Part shown: positions 43,499 to 52,083 of the stretch, in pieces
Layout: every line of letters starts with the position of its first letter
Position numbering within the stretch: the stretch's first letter is position 1
From: Phycisphaerales bacterium
GTDB taxonomy: Bacteria; Planctomycetota; Phycisphaerae; Phycisphaerales; UBA1924
NCBI GenBank assembly: GCA_036823255.1
Contig: DAISGC010000001.1
Span: 18,836 to 82,835 of the forward strand
DNA length: 64,000 bases
Direction of reading: 5' to 3'
The notes under the pieces: generated by a model
The model's input: only the letters and a program-made list of their open reading frames with translations
Told to the model about the DNA's origin: nothing
The model's database searches: none
Program-made: the position numbers and the translations under genes

Positions 43499-44941
43499 AT
43501 GCTTGGCAAGGTCTTCAAGGCGTACGACGTCCGCGGCACGTATCCGGATCCGCTGGACGAGAAGATGGCATGGCAGATCGGCTATGGGGTGAGCCGATTC
43601 CTGTTGTCGGACGCGGCCCAGGCGGGCGAGACCAGTCCGATGATGCACAACATCGTGGTCGGGCGGGACATGCGGAAGAGTTCCCCGTCATTGTGCAAGT
43701 CGCTGATCCAGGGGATCTGCGATCAGGGGGGGAATGTGATCGATGTGGGGCTGGTGGACACGAGTTTCATCTACTTTGCGGTGAACCATCTGGATTGCGC
43801 CGGCGGGGTGATGTGCACGGCGAGCCACAATCCGCCGCAGTACAACGGGTTCAAGGTTTCGAAGCGGAAGGCCAAGCCGGTTGGTGAGGCGACGGGGCTG
43901 GCGGAAGTGCGGAAGCACGCGGCGATGGTGGACAAGCAGACGATGACGCCGCTGGGCGGGCGGTGCGAGCCGCGGAACCTGTGGGAGGCGTATGCGCGGC
44001 ACGTGCGGCAGTTCCTGGACCTCTCGCCGGATTGGGAGAAGCGTGGGAAGCTGAAGGTGGTGATCGACGCGAGCAACGGGATGGCGGGGACGATGATCCC
44101 GATGGTCTTCGGGAAGAAGTCGCCGCTGGGCCCGGTGAGCGGGCTGGAGATCATCGAAATCAACTTCGACAACAGCAAGGGCGAGTTTGTTCATGAGCCC
44201 AACCCGCTGGTGGCGGCGAACCTGCAGCAGGTGCAGCAGAAGGTGGTCGAGGTCGGCGCGGACATCGGGTTCTGCTATGACGGGGACGCCGACCGGTGCG
44301 TGGTGATCGACGAGACGGGCGCGGCGATCGGGTGCGACCATCTGACGGGCGTGCTGGCGCCGTACTTCGTGAAGCGGCACGGGAAGGGCTCAGGTGTGGT
44401 GTTCGACCTGCGTTCGACCAAGGCGGTGGCCGAGGAGATCACGCGGGTCGGGGGTGTGCCTTATCGCTCGCGGGTGGGGCATGTGTTCATGAAGGCGATG
44501 ATGGCGGAGAAGAAGTGCGTGTTCGGCGGGGAGCTGAGCGGGCACTTCTACTTCCAGGACAACTTCAACGCCGACAGCGGCGCGATCGCGATGTGCGTGG
44601 TGCTGACGCTGCTCAAGAGCAGCGGGAAGACCATGAGCCAGCTCGCGGCGCCGATGAAGCGGTACGCGCAGAGCGGGGAGATCAACTTTCAGATCGAGGA
44701 CAAGGACGGCGCACTGGCCACGCTGCGTCGTCAGTCGCAGACCTGGGCCCCGAACGCGGAGATGGACGAGCTTGACGGCGTGACCATCGACGCGTTTGAG
44801 AAGCACGGGTGGTGGTGCAACGTCCGCAAGAGCAACACCGAACCGCTGCTGCGGCTGAACCTGGAAGCCAAGGACAAGAAGACGCTGGACATGATGCTGG
44901 CGAAGATCTCGCCGCTGCTTGGGGTGAAGGTGGATCATTGA
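43499..44941 (+). CDS. Phosphomannomutase/phosphoglucomutase (alpha-D-phosphohexomutase family)
   Basis: Motifs present: FKAYDVRG, the active-site loop CTASHNPPQYNGFK, the metal loop YDGDADRCVVIDE, GGELSGHF and RKSNTEP. A GGAG lies 6 nt upstream of the ATG. Confidence 0.9.
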   Translation: MLGKVFKAYDVRGTYPDPLDEKMAWQIGYGVSRFLLSDAAQAGETSPMMHNIVVGRDMRKSSPSLCKSLIQGICDQGGNVIDVGLVDTSFIYFAVNHLDCAGGVMCTASHNPPQYNGFKVSKRKAKPVGEATGLAEVRKHAAMVDKQTMTPLGGRCEPRNLWEAYARHVRQFLDLSPDWEKRGKLKVVIDASNGMAGTMIPMVFGKKSPLGPVSGLEIIEINFDNSKGEFVHEPNPLVAANLQQVQQKVVEVGADIGFCYDGDADRCVVIDETGAAIGCDHLTGVLAPYFVKRHGKGSGVVFDLRSTKAVAEEITRVGGVPYRSRVGHVFMKAMMAEKKCVFGGELSGHFYFQDNFNADSGAIAMCVVLTLLKSSGKTMSQLAAPMKRYAQSGEINFQIEDKDGALATLRRQSQTWAPNAEMDELDGVTIDAFEKHGWWCNVRKSNTEPLLRLNLEAKDKKTLDMMLAKISPLLGVKVDH

Positions 44942-45060
44942 TGGCGGAAGGCACTTGGCACTGGTGCAAGAACAGAGAGCAGAATCTCAAACTGCCTTGA
45001 TGCCTTGATGACCAAGCGCCTTTGTGCTTCGATGCCTGCCGAGTGCCCAGCGCCTCACTT

Positions 45061-46698
45061 ATGAATCTCCAACAGTTTCTCGATCACTGGAAGATTGCCG
45101 AGAACCCCTTTCGGGGCGAGGAAGCTCGGCAGGATCCGGTGTTTCTGCGGCTGGAGGCGGTGAGCCAGGGGGGTGTGGCGGGGAATGCGCCGGCGGCGGC
45201 GATCTCGGGGGTCATCAAGCCCGGCGCGACGACGCACTCGGACTTTGAGAAGATCGCGGGGGACTTTTCCCAGCCGTCGACGGCGATCGTGTTCGGCGAG
45301 AAGGGGAGCGGCAAAACGGCGATCCGGCTGCAACTGGCAGATCGGCTGAACGCGTACAACGCGGCACATCCCGAAGCGCGATGCCTGTGGATCGGGCTGG
45401 ATGATCTGAACCCCGTGCTGGCGAGGTTCGTCGAGCGGACCAAGGTGGAGCGCAAGGCCACGGTCGCGGACACGCTGGCGAAGTTCCGCCTGGTGGACCA
45501 CATCGACGCGATTCTCGCATCGGGAGTTGCGGCGGTGGTGGATGTGATCATCAAGGAGCGGTCGCCGACGGTCGGGGCGGGGCCCGCGGCGGTGGGCGAG
45601 GCGCGCGAGGACGTGCGGAAGATCATCAAGCGGATGGACGGATCGACGCGGCGGGACGTTCTGGCCCTGCAGGCCGCGTATGACGGCGCGTGGGCCGCGA
45701 GCGGGGGCGAGCAGCGCACCCGGAAGCTCCGTCGCGCGCTGCGCATCGCGCCCCCGATCGGGGGCCTGGTCTGGTCGCTTCTGGCCTATCTCGGGTGGAT
45801 TCCGGCGGTGGCGGTCGCCGTGATGCAATGGCGCGGCGGCCAGATCACGACCGATCCGATGCAGTTCACCAGGGCCGAGAGCCCGGTGTGGGTGGTGGCG
45901 GGACTCTTGGCGGCGTGGCTGATCGTGCTGGTGAAGCGGTCGGTGTATGACCGCGTGAAGTACCTGACGCTCGGGCATCGATTGCGGAAGCAGGTGCGTG
46001 TGAGCGCGCGGAGCGACACGAGCTTTGGCCGGTCGCTGCGGGCGATTCCGCAGGCCCTCCTGGACCCGGCGGTCCTGCCGATCACGGGTGCGGATGAGAC
46101 GCGGTACGCGATGCTGGATCGGCTCAAGCGCGTGCTGAAGCACTTCGGATACTCGAGCGTGCTGGTGGTGGTGGACCGGGTCGATGAGCCGACGCTCATC
46201 AGCGGCGATCCCGAGCGGATGAAGAGCGTGGTGTGGCCGATGCTCAACAACAAGTTCCTGCAGCAGCCGGGGCTTGGCGTGAAGATGCTCCTGCCGATGG
46301 AGCTGCGGCATGCGCTGTTCAGAGAGAGCGCGTCGTTCTTTCAGGAGGCTCGGCTGGACAAGCAGAACCTGATCGAGCGATTGAACTGGACAGGTGCGAT
46401 GCTGTACGACCTGTGCGACGCTCGATTGCGCGCGTGCCGAGGGCCGGGGGCGGAGCCGATCTCGCTGCTGGACCTATTCGCGGAAGATGTGACGAAGCAG
46501 GACGTGATCGACACGCTGGATCAGATGCACCAGCCGCGGGATGCGTTCAAGCTGCTGTATCAGTGCTTCACCGAGCACTGCGCGAGCGTGACGAGCGATC
46601 AGGCGCAGTGGCGGATTCCGCGGTTGACGCTGGAGAGCGTGAAGAAGGCGCAGGTGGAGCGGGTGAAGCAGTTGTATCGGGGGATACGGCCGGCGTAG
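45061..46698 (+). CDS. P-loop NTPase with two TM helices inserted between Walker A and Walker B (KAP-family-like architecture)
   Basis: Walker A is IVFGEKGSGKTAI. Predicted TM helices are GGLVWSLLAYLGWIPAVAVAVMQW and VWVVAGLLAAWLIVLV. Walker B-like sequence is SSVLVVVDRVDEP. I trimmed to the ATG at 45061 (MNLQQFLDHWKIAENPF). Confidence 0.65.
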   Translation: MNLQQFLDHWKIAENPFRGEEARQDPVFLRLEAVSQGGVAGNAPAAAISGVIKPGATTHSDFEKIAGDFSQPSTAIVFGEKGSGKTAIRLQLADRLNAYNAAHPEARCLWIGLDDLNPVLARFVERTKVERKATVADTLAKFRLVDHIDAILASGVAAVVDVIIKERSPTVGAGPAAVGEAREDVRKIIKRMDGSTRRDVLALQAAYDGAWAASGGEQRTRKLRRALRIAPPIGGLVWSLLAYLGWIPAVAVAVMQWRGGQITTDPMQFTRAESPVWVVAGLLAAWLIVLVKRSVYDRVKYLTLGHRLRKQVRVSARSDTSFGRSLRAIPQALLDPAVLPITGADETRYAMLDRLKRVLKHFGYSSVLVVVDRVDEPTLISGDPERMKSVVWPMLNNKFLQQPGLGVKMLLPMELRHALFRESASFFQEARLDKQNLIERLNWTGAMLYDLCDARLRACRGPGAEPISLLDLFAEDVTKQDVIDTLDQMHQPRDAFKLLYQCFTEHCASVTSDQAQWRIPRLTLESVKKAQVERVKQLYRGIRPA

Positions 46699-46917
46699 CC
46701 AGGCACGGCGTCGGGCTGCGGATCGCTGCCTTCCGCGTCCGGATCCGGATGCTGGCTGGGTGGTCCGAGTATTCGAGCGGCACGTGACGGCTGTGCAGGA
46801 TGTGTGGGAAGCGCAGAACGGTTGGGGGGGTGGTGGCGGGGGCGGCAAGCGTCGTGGTGATGGGCCCGTGTGCGATGGGCGATATGGCGTGGGATGGTCT
46901 CCAGGCCACCAGACGCC

Positions 46918-47760
46918 ATGGTCACACGTGCGACAAACCTCTGGAAACGTGCAGGGATCGCCGCGGTCGGCGTGATCGCGGCGGCTGCATATGCGCCGCG
47001 GGCCGAGGGCGTGGTGGTGACGGGCCTGTCGCCGATGGCGCGGCCTGCGGATGGGTGGGTGGGGAGCTGGAACGGGTCCTCGTGCGTGGCGGTGGGGCGG
47101 TACTGGTTTGTCACGGCTAAGCACGTGGGTGGGAGCGTGGGGCAGAATGTGACGATGCGCGGGGTCGAGTATCGGAGCGTGGAGGTCCGGCCACACCCGA
47201 TGTATGACGTGCAGCTCATCCGCGTTGCGGAGGAGGTGCCTGGGTATCACAAGCTGGCGATGAACGTCGGGGTTGGGGATCCCGTGGTGATCGGTGGGCA
47301 CGGGGTGACGGGTGCGGCCGCTCTTCCGTCATACGCCGGCTATGACTGGAACGGTCCGCGGCAGGAGGCGTGGGGCGCGAACGTGATCGAGGGAGATGGA
47401 AACCTGCTGGCGATCCGCTTCGACGCGCCGGTGTCATCGAGCGCGGTGCCGAGCGAGGCGATCTTCGCGGTGAACGACTCGGGGGGCGGGCTGTTCACAT
47501 TCGGTGCCGACGGGTCGCTGGAGCTGGCGGGGATCGCGGTGAGCGTGACGAACTTCGGGGCCTCGCCGTGGAGCACGACGGGGTTTGCGCTGAACATCGA
47601 CATGTACCGGTTGTGGATGCAGCCGATCGTGGATCCGACGGCGCCGATCAGTTCGGGCACGGGCGCGCCGCGGGCGATGATGGGCGTGCCGGGGCTGCCG
47701 GGGTGGGCCGGGGGCATGATCGTGTGCTGTGTGCTGGCGGGTCTGCGGCGTCGGCGATGA
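46918..47760 (+). CDS. Trypsin-like (S1) serine protease with PEP-CTERM-like C-terminal tail
   Basis: The signal peptide is MVTRATNLWKRAGIAAVGVIAAAAYAPRAEG. The catalytic triad context is FVTAKHVGG (His), YDVQLIRV (Asp) and VNDSGGGLF (Ser). The C-terminus is VPGLPGWAGGMIVCCVLAGLRRRR*. Alternative starts are the GTG at 46870 and the ATG at 46894. Confidence 0.7.
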   Translation: MVTRATNLWKRAGIAAVGVIAAAAYAPRAEGVVVTGLSPMARPADGWVGSWNGSSCVAVGRYWFVTAKHVGGSVGQNVTMRGVEYRSVEVRPHPMYDVQLIRVAEEVPGYHKLAMNVGVGDPVVIGGHGVTGAAALPSYAGYDWNGPRQEAWGANVIEGDGNLLAIRFDAPVSSSAVPSEAIFAVNDSGGGLFTFGADGSLELAGIAVSVTNFGASPWSTTGFALNIDMYRLWMQPIVDPTAPISSGTGAPRAMMGVPGLPGWAGGMIVCCVLAGLRRRR

Positions 47761-47766
47761 GCCGAG

Positions 47767-49770
47767 CTACTGCCCGGGCAGGTGCTTGTCGATCCAGTCA
47801 TCCTGACGGAGGACTTCGGCGCGGCTGACGCGGGCGCGGTGCTCGGCGCGGCGCTGGGCGTAGGTGAACAGGGCGAGGGCCGTCGCTCTGGAGGAGCCGG
47901 CGAGCTCGCCGGAGGCAAAGCCGGGTGTGGAGCGGAACGCGACGCCCAGAGAGCGTGCGTAGAGGCGGATGAGCTCGTCCTCGAGCGAGATGAAGGTCTG
48001 GGACGAGCCGGGATCGCCTTGGCGGCCGGCGCGACCGATGAACTGGCGATCGATGCGACGCGCGCTGTGCATCTCCGAAAGGATGACGTGAAGCCCTCCG
48101 GCTGCGCGGGCGTCTGGATCGAGCTTGATGTCGGTCCCGCGGCCGGCCATGTTGGTGGCGACCGTGATGGCGGAGGCGCGGCCGGCGTCGGAGACGAGGT
48201 CGGCCTCGTCCTTGTCGAAGTTCGCGTTGAGGACGCGATGGGGGAGATTCCTGGCGGCGAGCTTCTGGCTGAGCAGCTCGCTGGCCTCGATGGACCTGGT
48301 GCCGACGAGGATCGGGCGCTTCAGAGCGTGGATCTGGCGGATGCTCTCGACGATGGCGGACCACTTGGCGTCGAGATTGGCGAAGACCCGCGGGGCCCAC
48401 TTCTCACGGATGACGGGGCGATTGGTGGGGATGACGGAGATGGGCCGCTGATAGACGCGGGACATCTCGCCGGCGGCGTCGGCGGCGGTGCCGGTCATTC
48501 CGCCAAGGTGGGGATACGAGCGGAAGAAACGCTGGAAGCTCATCCGGGCGAGGGTCTCGCGGTCGGCGGTGACCTCGAGCCCTTCCTTTGCTTCGACGGC
48601 CTGGTGCAGGCCGTGCTCCCAGGAGCGATCGGGAAGGAAGCGGCCGGTGTACTCGTCGACGATGACGATGCGTCCGTCGACGATCTGGTACTGGTGCCCG
48701 TGGAGATAACAGTGGCGAGCGACCAGCGCCTGGCGGACGAGTTCTTCCGCGCGGCGCGTGGCCCGCCAGATCGGCTGCTCGAGCCCGGAAGAGAGCTCGG
48801 CGATGCGGTGGCGGCCGCGGCGGGTGAGCTCGGCCTTGCGGCGCATGTGATCCATGACGTAGTCGGCGCGCTCGTCGAGTTTCTGCGCGAGCCAGCAGGC
48901 GTCCTTGTAGACCAGCGCCATGTCGTCCTCGCGACGGGAGCGAGCGATGATGAGCGGAACGACGCCCTCGTCGATGAGCACGGCGTCGGCCTCGTCGACC
49001 AGGGCGGCGTGCAGGCCGGGGATCATGGGACCAGAGCCCATGCCGGCGGCGGGGCCGAGGGATCCGCCAAGCAGCCGTCGACCTGCCCAGGGGGTGTTGA
49101 GCTGGCCCAGGCGGATCTGATCGCGGAGCCAGTCGGCGGTGATCTGCTTGGGCGTGCCGTAGACGATCGGACGGGCGTAGACCTCGAAGCGGGCGGGCTC
49201 TTCAAGAGATTGCACGATCGCGCCGACATCGCACCCGCAGCGGCGGTAGATGCACGCTCGGCTGTCGGCGTCGCGCTGCGCGAGATAGTCGTTGACCGTG
49301 AGGATGTGCAGGTAGCGATGTCGCCAGGCCAGCAGGGGCGCGGCGAGGGAACCGGTGAGGGTCTTTCCCTCGCCGGTGACCATCTGGACGATGCGCCCGT
49401 GATACAACGCCAGTGCGCCCATGAGCTGTACGGGATAGGCCTCCTCGCCGGTCTCTCGGCGGGCGACCTCGCGGATGGCGGCAAGTGCGCGCTGGATCGT
49501 TGACTCATCCTCGCGACCGCGCATGAAGAGCTCTCGCAACTCGCGGACGTGTTCGTTGAGGGCGGCGTCTGAGTGGGTGCGCAGATCCTTGGCGTGGGTG
49601 GTGACGATCTGGGCCTGGGAGCGAAGCCAGGAGAGCGTGTGCCGCGCGTGCTTGAGCTTGGTGCGCGCCATGCTCGCCACGATGTCCAGTCCGCGCGGAT
49701 TCTCCGGCTTGCGTCGGCGGGCCCGCAAGGACTCGAAGAGGGCGTGGTATCGGGTGACCGTGGAGGACAT
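47767..49770 (-). CDS. SecA-like ATPase, C-terminally truncated (about 667 aa; motor domains plus short PPXD, no HWD/C-terminal regions)
   Basis: SecA motifs appear in order: MVTGEGKTL (Walker A), ILTVNDYLAQRDA, ALVDEADAVLIDEGVVPLII (DEAD), IVDEYTGRFLPDRSWEHGLHQAVEAKEG, QRFFRSYPHLGGMTGTA, VATNMAGRGTDIKL and IGRAGRQGDPGSSQTFISLEDELI. The protein ends about 60 aa later. I trimmed to the ATG at 49770, 17 nt after the upstream gene's stop. Confidence 0.8.
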   Translation of the reverse strand: MSSTVTRYHALFESLRARRRKPENPRGLDIVASMARTKLKHARHTLSWLRSQAQIVTTHAKDLRTHSDAALNEHVRELRELFMRGREDESTIQRALAAIREVARRETGEEAYPVQLMGALALYHGRIVQMVTGEGKTLTGSLAAPLLAWRHRYLHILTVNDYLAQRDADSRACIYRRCGCDVGAIVQSLEEPARFEVYARPIVYGTPKQITADWLRDQIRLGQLNTPWAGRRLLGGSLGPAAGMGSGPMIPGLHAALVDEADAVLIDEGVVPLIIARSRREDDMALVYKDACWLAQKLDERADYVMDHMRRKAELTRRGRHRIAELSSGLEQPIWRATRRAEELVRQALVARHCYLHGHQYQIVDGRIVIVDEYTGRFLPDRSWEHGLHQAVEAKEGLEVTADRETLARMSFQRFFRSYPHLGGMTGTAADAAGEMSRVYQRPISVIPTNRPVIREKWAPRVFANLDAKWSAIVESIRQIHALKRPILVGTRSIEASELLSQKLAARNLPHRVLNANFDKDEADLVSDAGRASAITVATNMAGRGTDIKLDPDARAAGGLHVILSEMHSARRIDRQFIGRAGRQGDPGSSQTFISLEDELIRLYARSLGVAFRSTPGFASGELAGSSRATALALFTYAQRRAEHRARVSRAEVLRQDDWIDKHLPGQ

Positions 49771-49787
49771 GTGTGGCGGGGGCCGGG

Positions 49788-51986
49788 CTAGATGTTCACC
49801 CGGCCCTGGATCTCCTTTCGGAGGCGATCGATCCACTGAGACAGCAGGGGGCGAGTGGGAAGCTTGAACCGGACGAGGACGCGCTCGCCGGGAAGAACGC
49901 TCGTCGCGAGCGCGCTGGAGGCATCGGGGTAGATGTACACGTTGAACTGCGGACGTTTGGCGACGCGTCCGGACTGGTCCTGTGGGTCGATCTCGAATCG
50001 CCCGCCGCCGCCGAAGCCCAGCGCGGCGCTTGGGAGGAGGCGTTGTCCGGCGAGCACGGGCTCGAAGCGTTCGGCGTTGACGATGGTGCTGACGTTGGAG
50101 AGCAGGCGGATCTGGCAGGCCGGGGGTTCGCCGCGCTGGTCGGCGCGGGTGAGGATCCACTCGGCCTGTTGCTGGTCGAAGGTGGCGGCGATGCGGATGG
50201 AGTCGGGATCGACGACGGTGCAGACGGGATCGCCGCGCTTGACGAAGCCGCCGAGTTTCTGGGCCGGGTCATCGCCGGCGACCACGCCGTCATGAGGGGC
50301 GAGGATGACGAGATCGGCGATTCGGCGTTCGATCTCCGCGAGGTTGTCGAGTCCGACACGGAGGCGTTCGCTTGCCAGCGCGGTGACGGCGGGATCGCCC
50401 TTGGCGACGCCGTCGCGGACCATGACGCGAATCTCATCGACCTGCGCGAGGAGCCCGGCCCGCTGTTCCACCAGGTCGCGATTCTCGACGGTGACGATGG
50501 GCTCGCCCTTGAGGACGCGCTCGCCCGGGCGCTTGTGGACCTGGGCGACGAACCCCTCGGTGCCGAAGTAGATGTTCGTCTTGGCGAGACTGTCGACGAC
50601 TCCGGAACCGTGCCGACGATCGGGCATGGGGATGAATCCCACGACGCCCAGCAGAAGGACGACCATGGCGATGGTGATGGCGACGGTGCGTGCCCTGTGC
50701 TCGCTGAGCATGGGGCTGGAGGCGAGCCAGTGCACGAGCTTGCCCAGGGGCATCAGGAACCACGCCGCGGCGGTCCAGACGGCGAGGACGAGCCCGATGG
50801 CGAAGAACTGTCCGAGGACAAAGAGCGTGATGGTGATGAACAGGAAGATGCGGTAGGCGAACGCGAGGATGCCGTAGACGATGAGAATCGTGCGCTCGTC
50901 GGCCTGGGTGGTGGGGGCCGTCAGGTTCTTCAGCCGGTAGATGAACCGCTGAATGAGATGCAGGAGCATCTTGTTGGAGCGGTTGGCGAGATTGGGGACT
51001 TCAAGAAGGTCGGCGAGCATGTAGTAGCCGTCGAACCGCATGAGCGGGTTGGCGTTGAACAGGATGGTGGAGATGCCGCTGGTGACCATGATGTTGAAGC
51101 AGAACCGCGCCAGAACGCTTCCGCCCTGCCCGGATTCCTGCTGGGCGATCCAGACGAACGCCGCGCTCGCGGCGACGACGCGCTCGAACATCATGCCGGC
51201 GGCGCCGACGGCGACGCGTCGCCACTTGCTCGTGAACGCCCACGCGCTTGAGGCGTCGACATATGGCGATGGGAAGAGGACCAGGAGCATCACCCCGAAC
51301 TCGGGCACCTGCCCGCCGAAACGCTTGCAGACCACGCCGTGCCCGAACTCGTGGATGGCCTTGGTGACAACGAAGGCCAGGGGGATGAGCCAGAGGAACT
51401 GGGGGTCGAAGATGTGCTGCTGGTTGAAGTCGCTGGCGAGCTTGCCCCAATGGGGGATGATGCTGATAAGCGCCCAGAGGATCAGCGCGCACCAGGCGAG
51501 GAAGCCCCAGCGGTTGAGGATGGGTCGAAGGATGGGCTCGGCGGCGGTGAGGAAGCGATCCGGATTCAGCAAGCGGATCTTCAGGTACATGATGCCGATC
51601 GCCTGCGCGATGGCCTTCTTCTTCACGCGTTCGCGGCCTCGGCGGAGGAGTTGCTCGGTCTCCGGCGAGGCGTCGCAGGAGAGCAGATTGGACTGATAGA
51701 GCTGGCTGATGAGCTGGATGATCTCGTTCTGCGTGGGGGCCAGGTCGCCGAACTTCTCGAGCGAGGCGTGCCAGGCGGCCTCGATCTCGCGCTGGCCGTC
51801 GAGCATCCCGACAAAGTCGTACGCGACGGGGTTGAGCCGGAAGAACTGGTTGCTGGTGGGATCATGCACGACGTGCCAGCGTCGCCCGCGGTAGTGCTGG
51901 CGGGTGATCTGCACGTGCGGGCGGAGCTTCGGGCGCATGGTCCGCACGCGGTGCCAGAAGGGGCTGAATGTGGGGCGTTCGTTCAT
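49788..51986 (-). CDS. M50 (site-2 protease) family membrane metalloprotease fused to a C-terminal HlyD-type membrane-fusion domain
   Basis: The HExxH motif is in a TM helix (FVVTKAIHEFGHGVVCKRFG). The second S2P motif is FNANPLMRFDGYYMLADLL. It has multiple TM helices, followed by lipoyl-like, coiled-coil and beta-barrel MFP segments (...RPGERVLKGEPIVTVEN...ILAPHDGVVAG...VKRGDPVCTVV). I trimmed to the ATG at 51986 (MNERPTFSPFWHRV), because the longer track ORF overlaps the upstream gene. Confidence 0.75.
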   Translation of the reverse strand: MNERPTFSPFWHRVRTMRPKLRPHVQITRQHYRGRRWHVVHDPTSNQFFRLNPVAYDFVGMLDGQREIEAAWHASLEKFGDLAPTQNEIIQLISQLYQSNLLSCDASPETEQLLRRGRERVKKKAIAQAIGIMYLKIRLLNPDRFLTAAEPILRPILNRWGFLAWCALILWALISIIPHWGKLASDFNQQHIFDPQFLWLIPLAFVVTKAIHEFGHGVVCKRFGGQVPEFGVMLLVLFPSPYVDASSAWAFTSKWRRVAVGAAGMMFERVVAASAAFVWIAQQESGQGGSVLARFCFNIMVTSGISTILFNANPLMRFDGYYMLADLLEVPNLANRSNKMLLHLIQRFIYRLKNLTAPTTQADERTILIVYGILAFAYRIFLFITITLFVLGQFFAIGLVLAVWTAAAWFLMPLGKLVHWLASSPMLSEHRARTVAITIAMVVLLLGVVGFIPMPDRRHGSGVVDSLAKTNIYFGTEGFVAQVHKRPGERVLKGEPIVTVENRDLVEQRAGLLAQVDEIRVMVRDGVAKGDPAVTALASERLRVGLDNLAEIERRIADLVILAPHDGVVAGDDPAQKLGGFVKRGDPVCTVVDPDSIRIAATFDQQQAEWILTRADQRGEPPACQIRLLSNVSTIVNAERFEPVLAGQRLLPSAALGFGGGGRFEIDPQDQSGRVAKRPQFNVYIYPDASSALATSVLPGERVLVRFKLPTRPLLSQWIDRLRKEIQGRVNI

Positions 51987-52083
51987 GGGGGAAGGCGCCG
52001 TGCGCTTGAAACTGGGCACTGCAAAGAGACAGGAGAACTGGTTCTCACGAGTGCCCAACGCCTCGTGCCCAGCGCCCGGGCGC

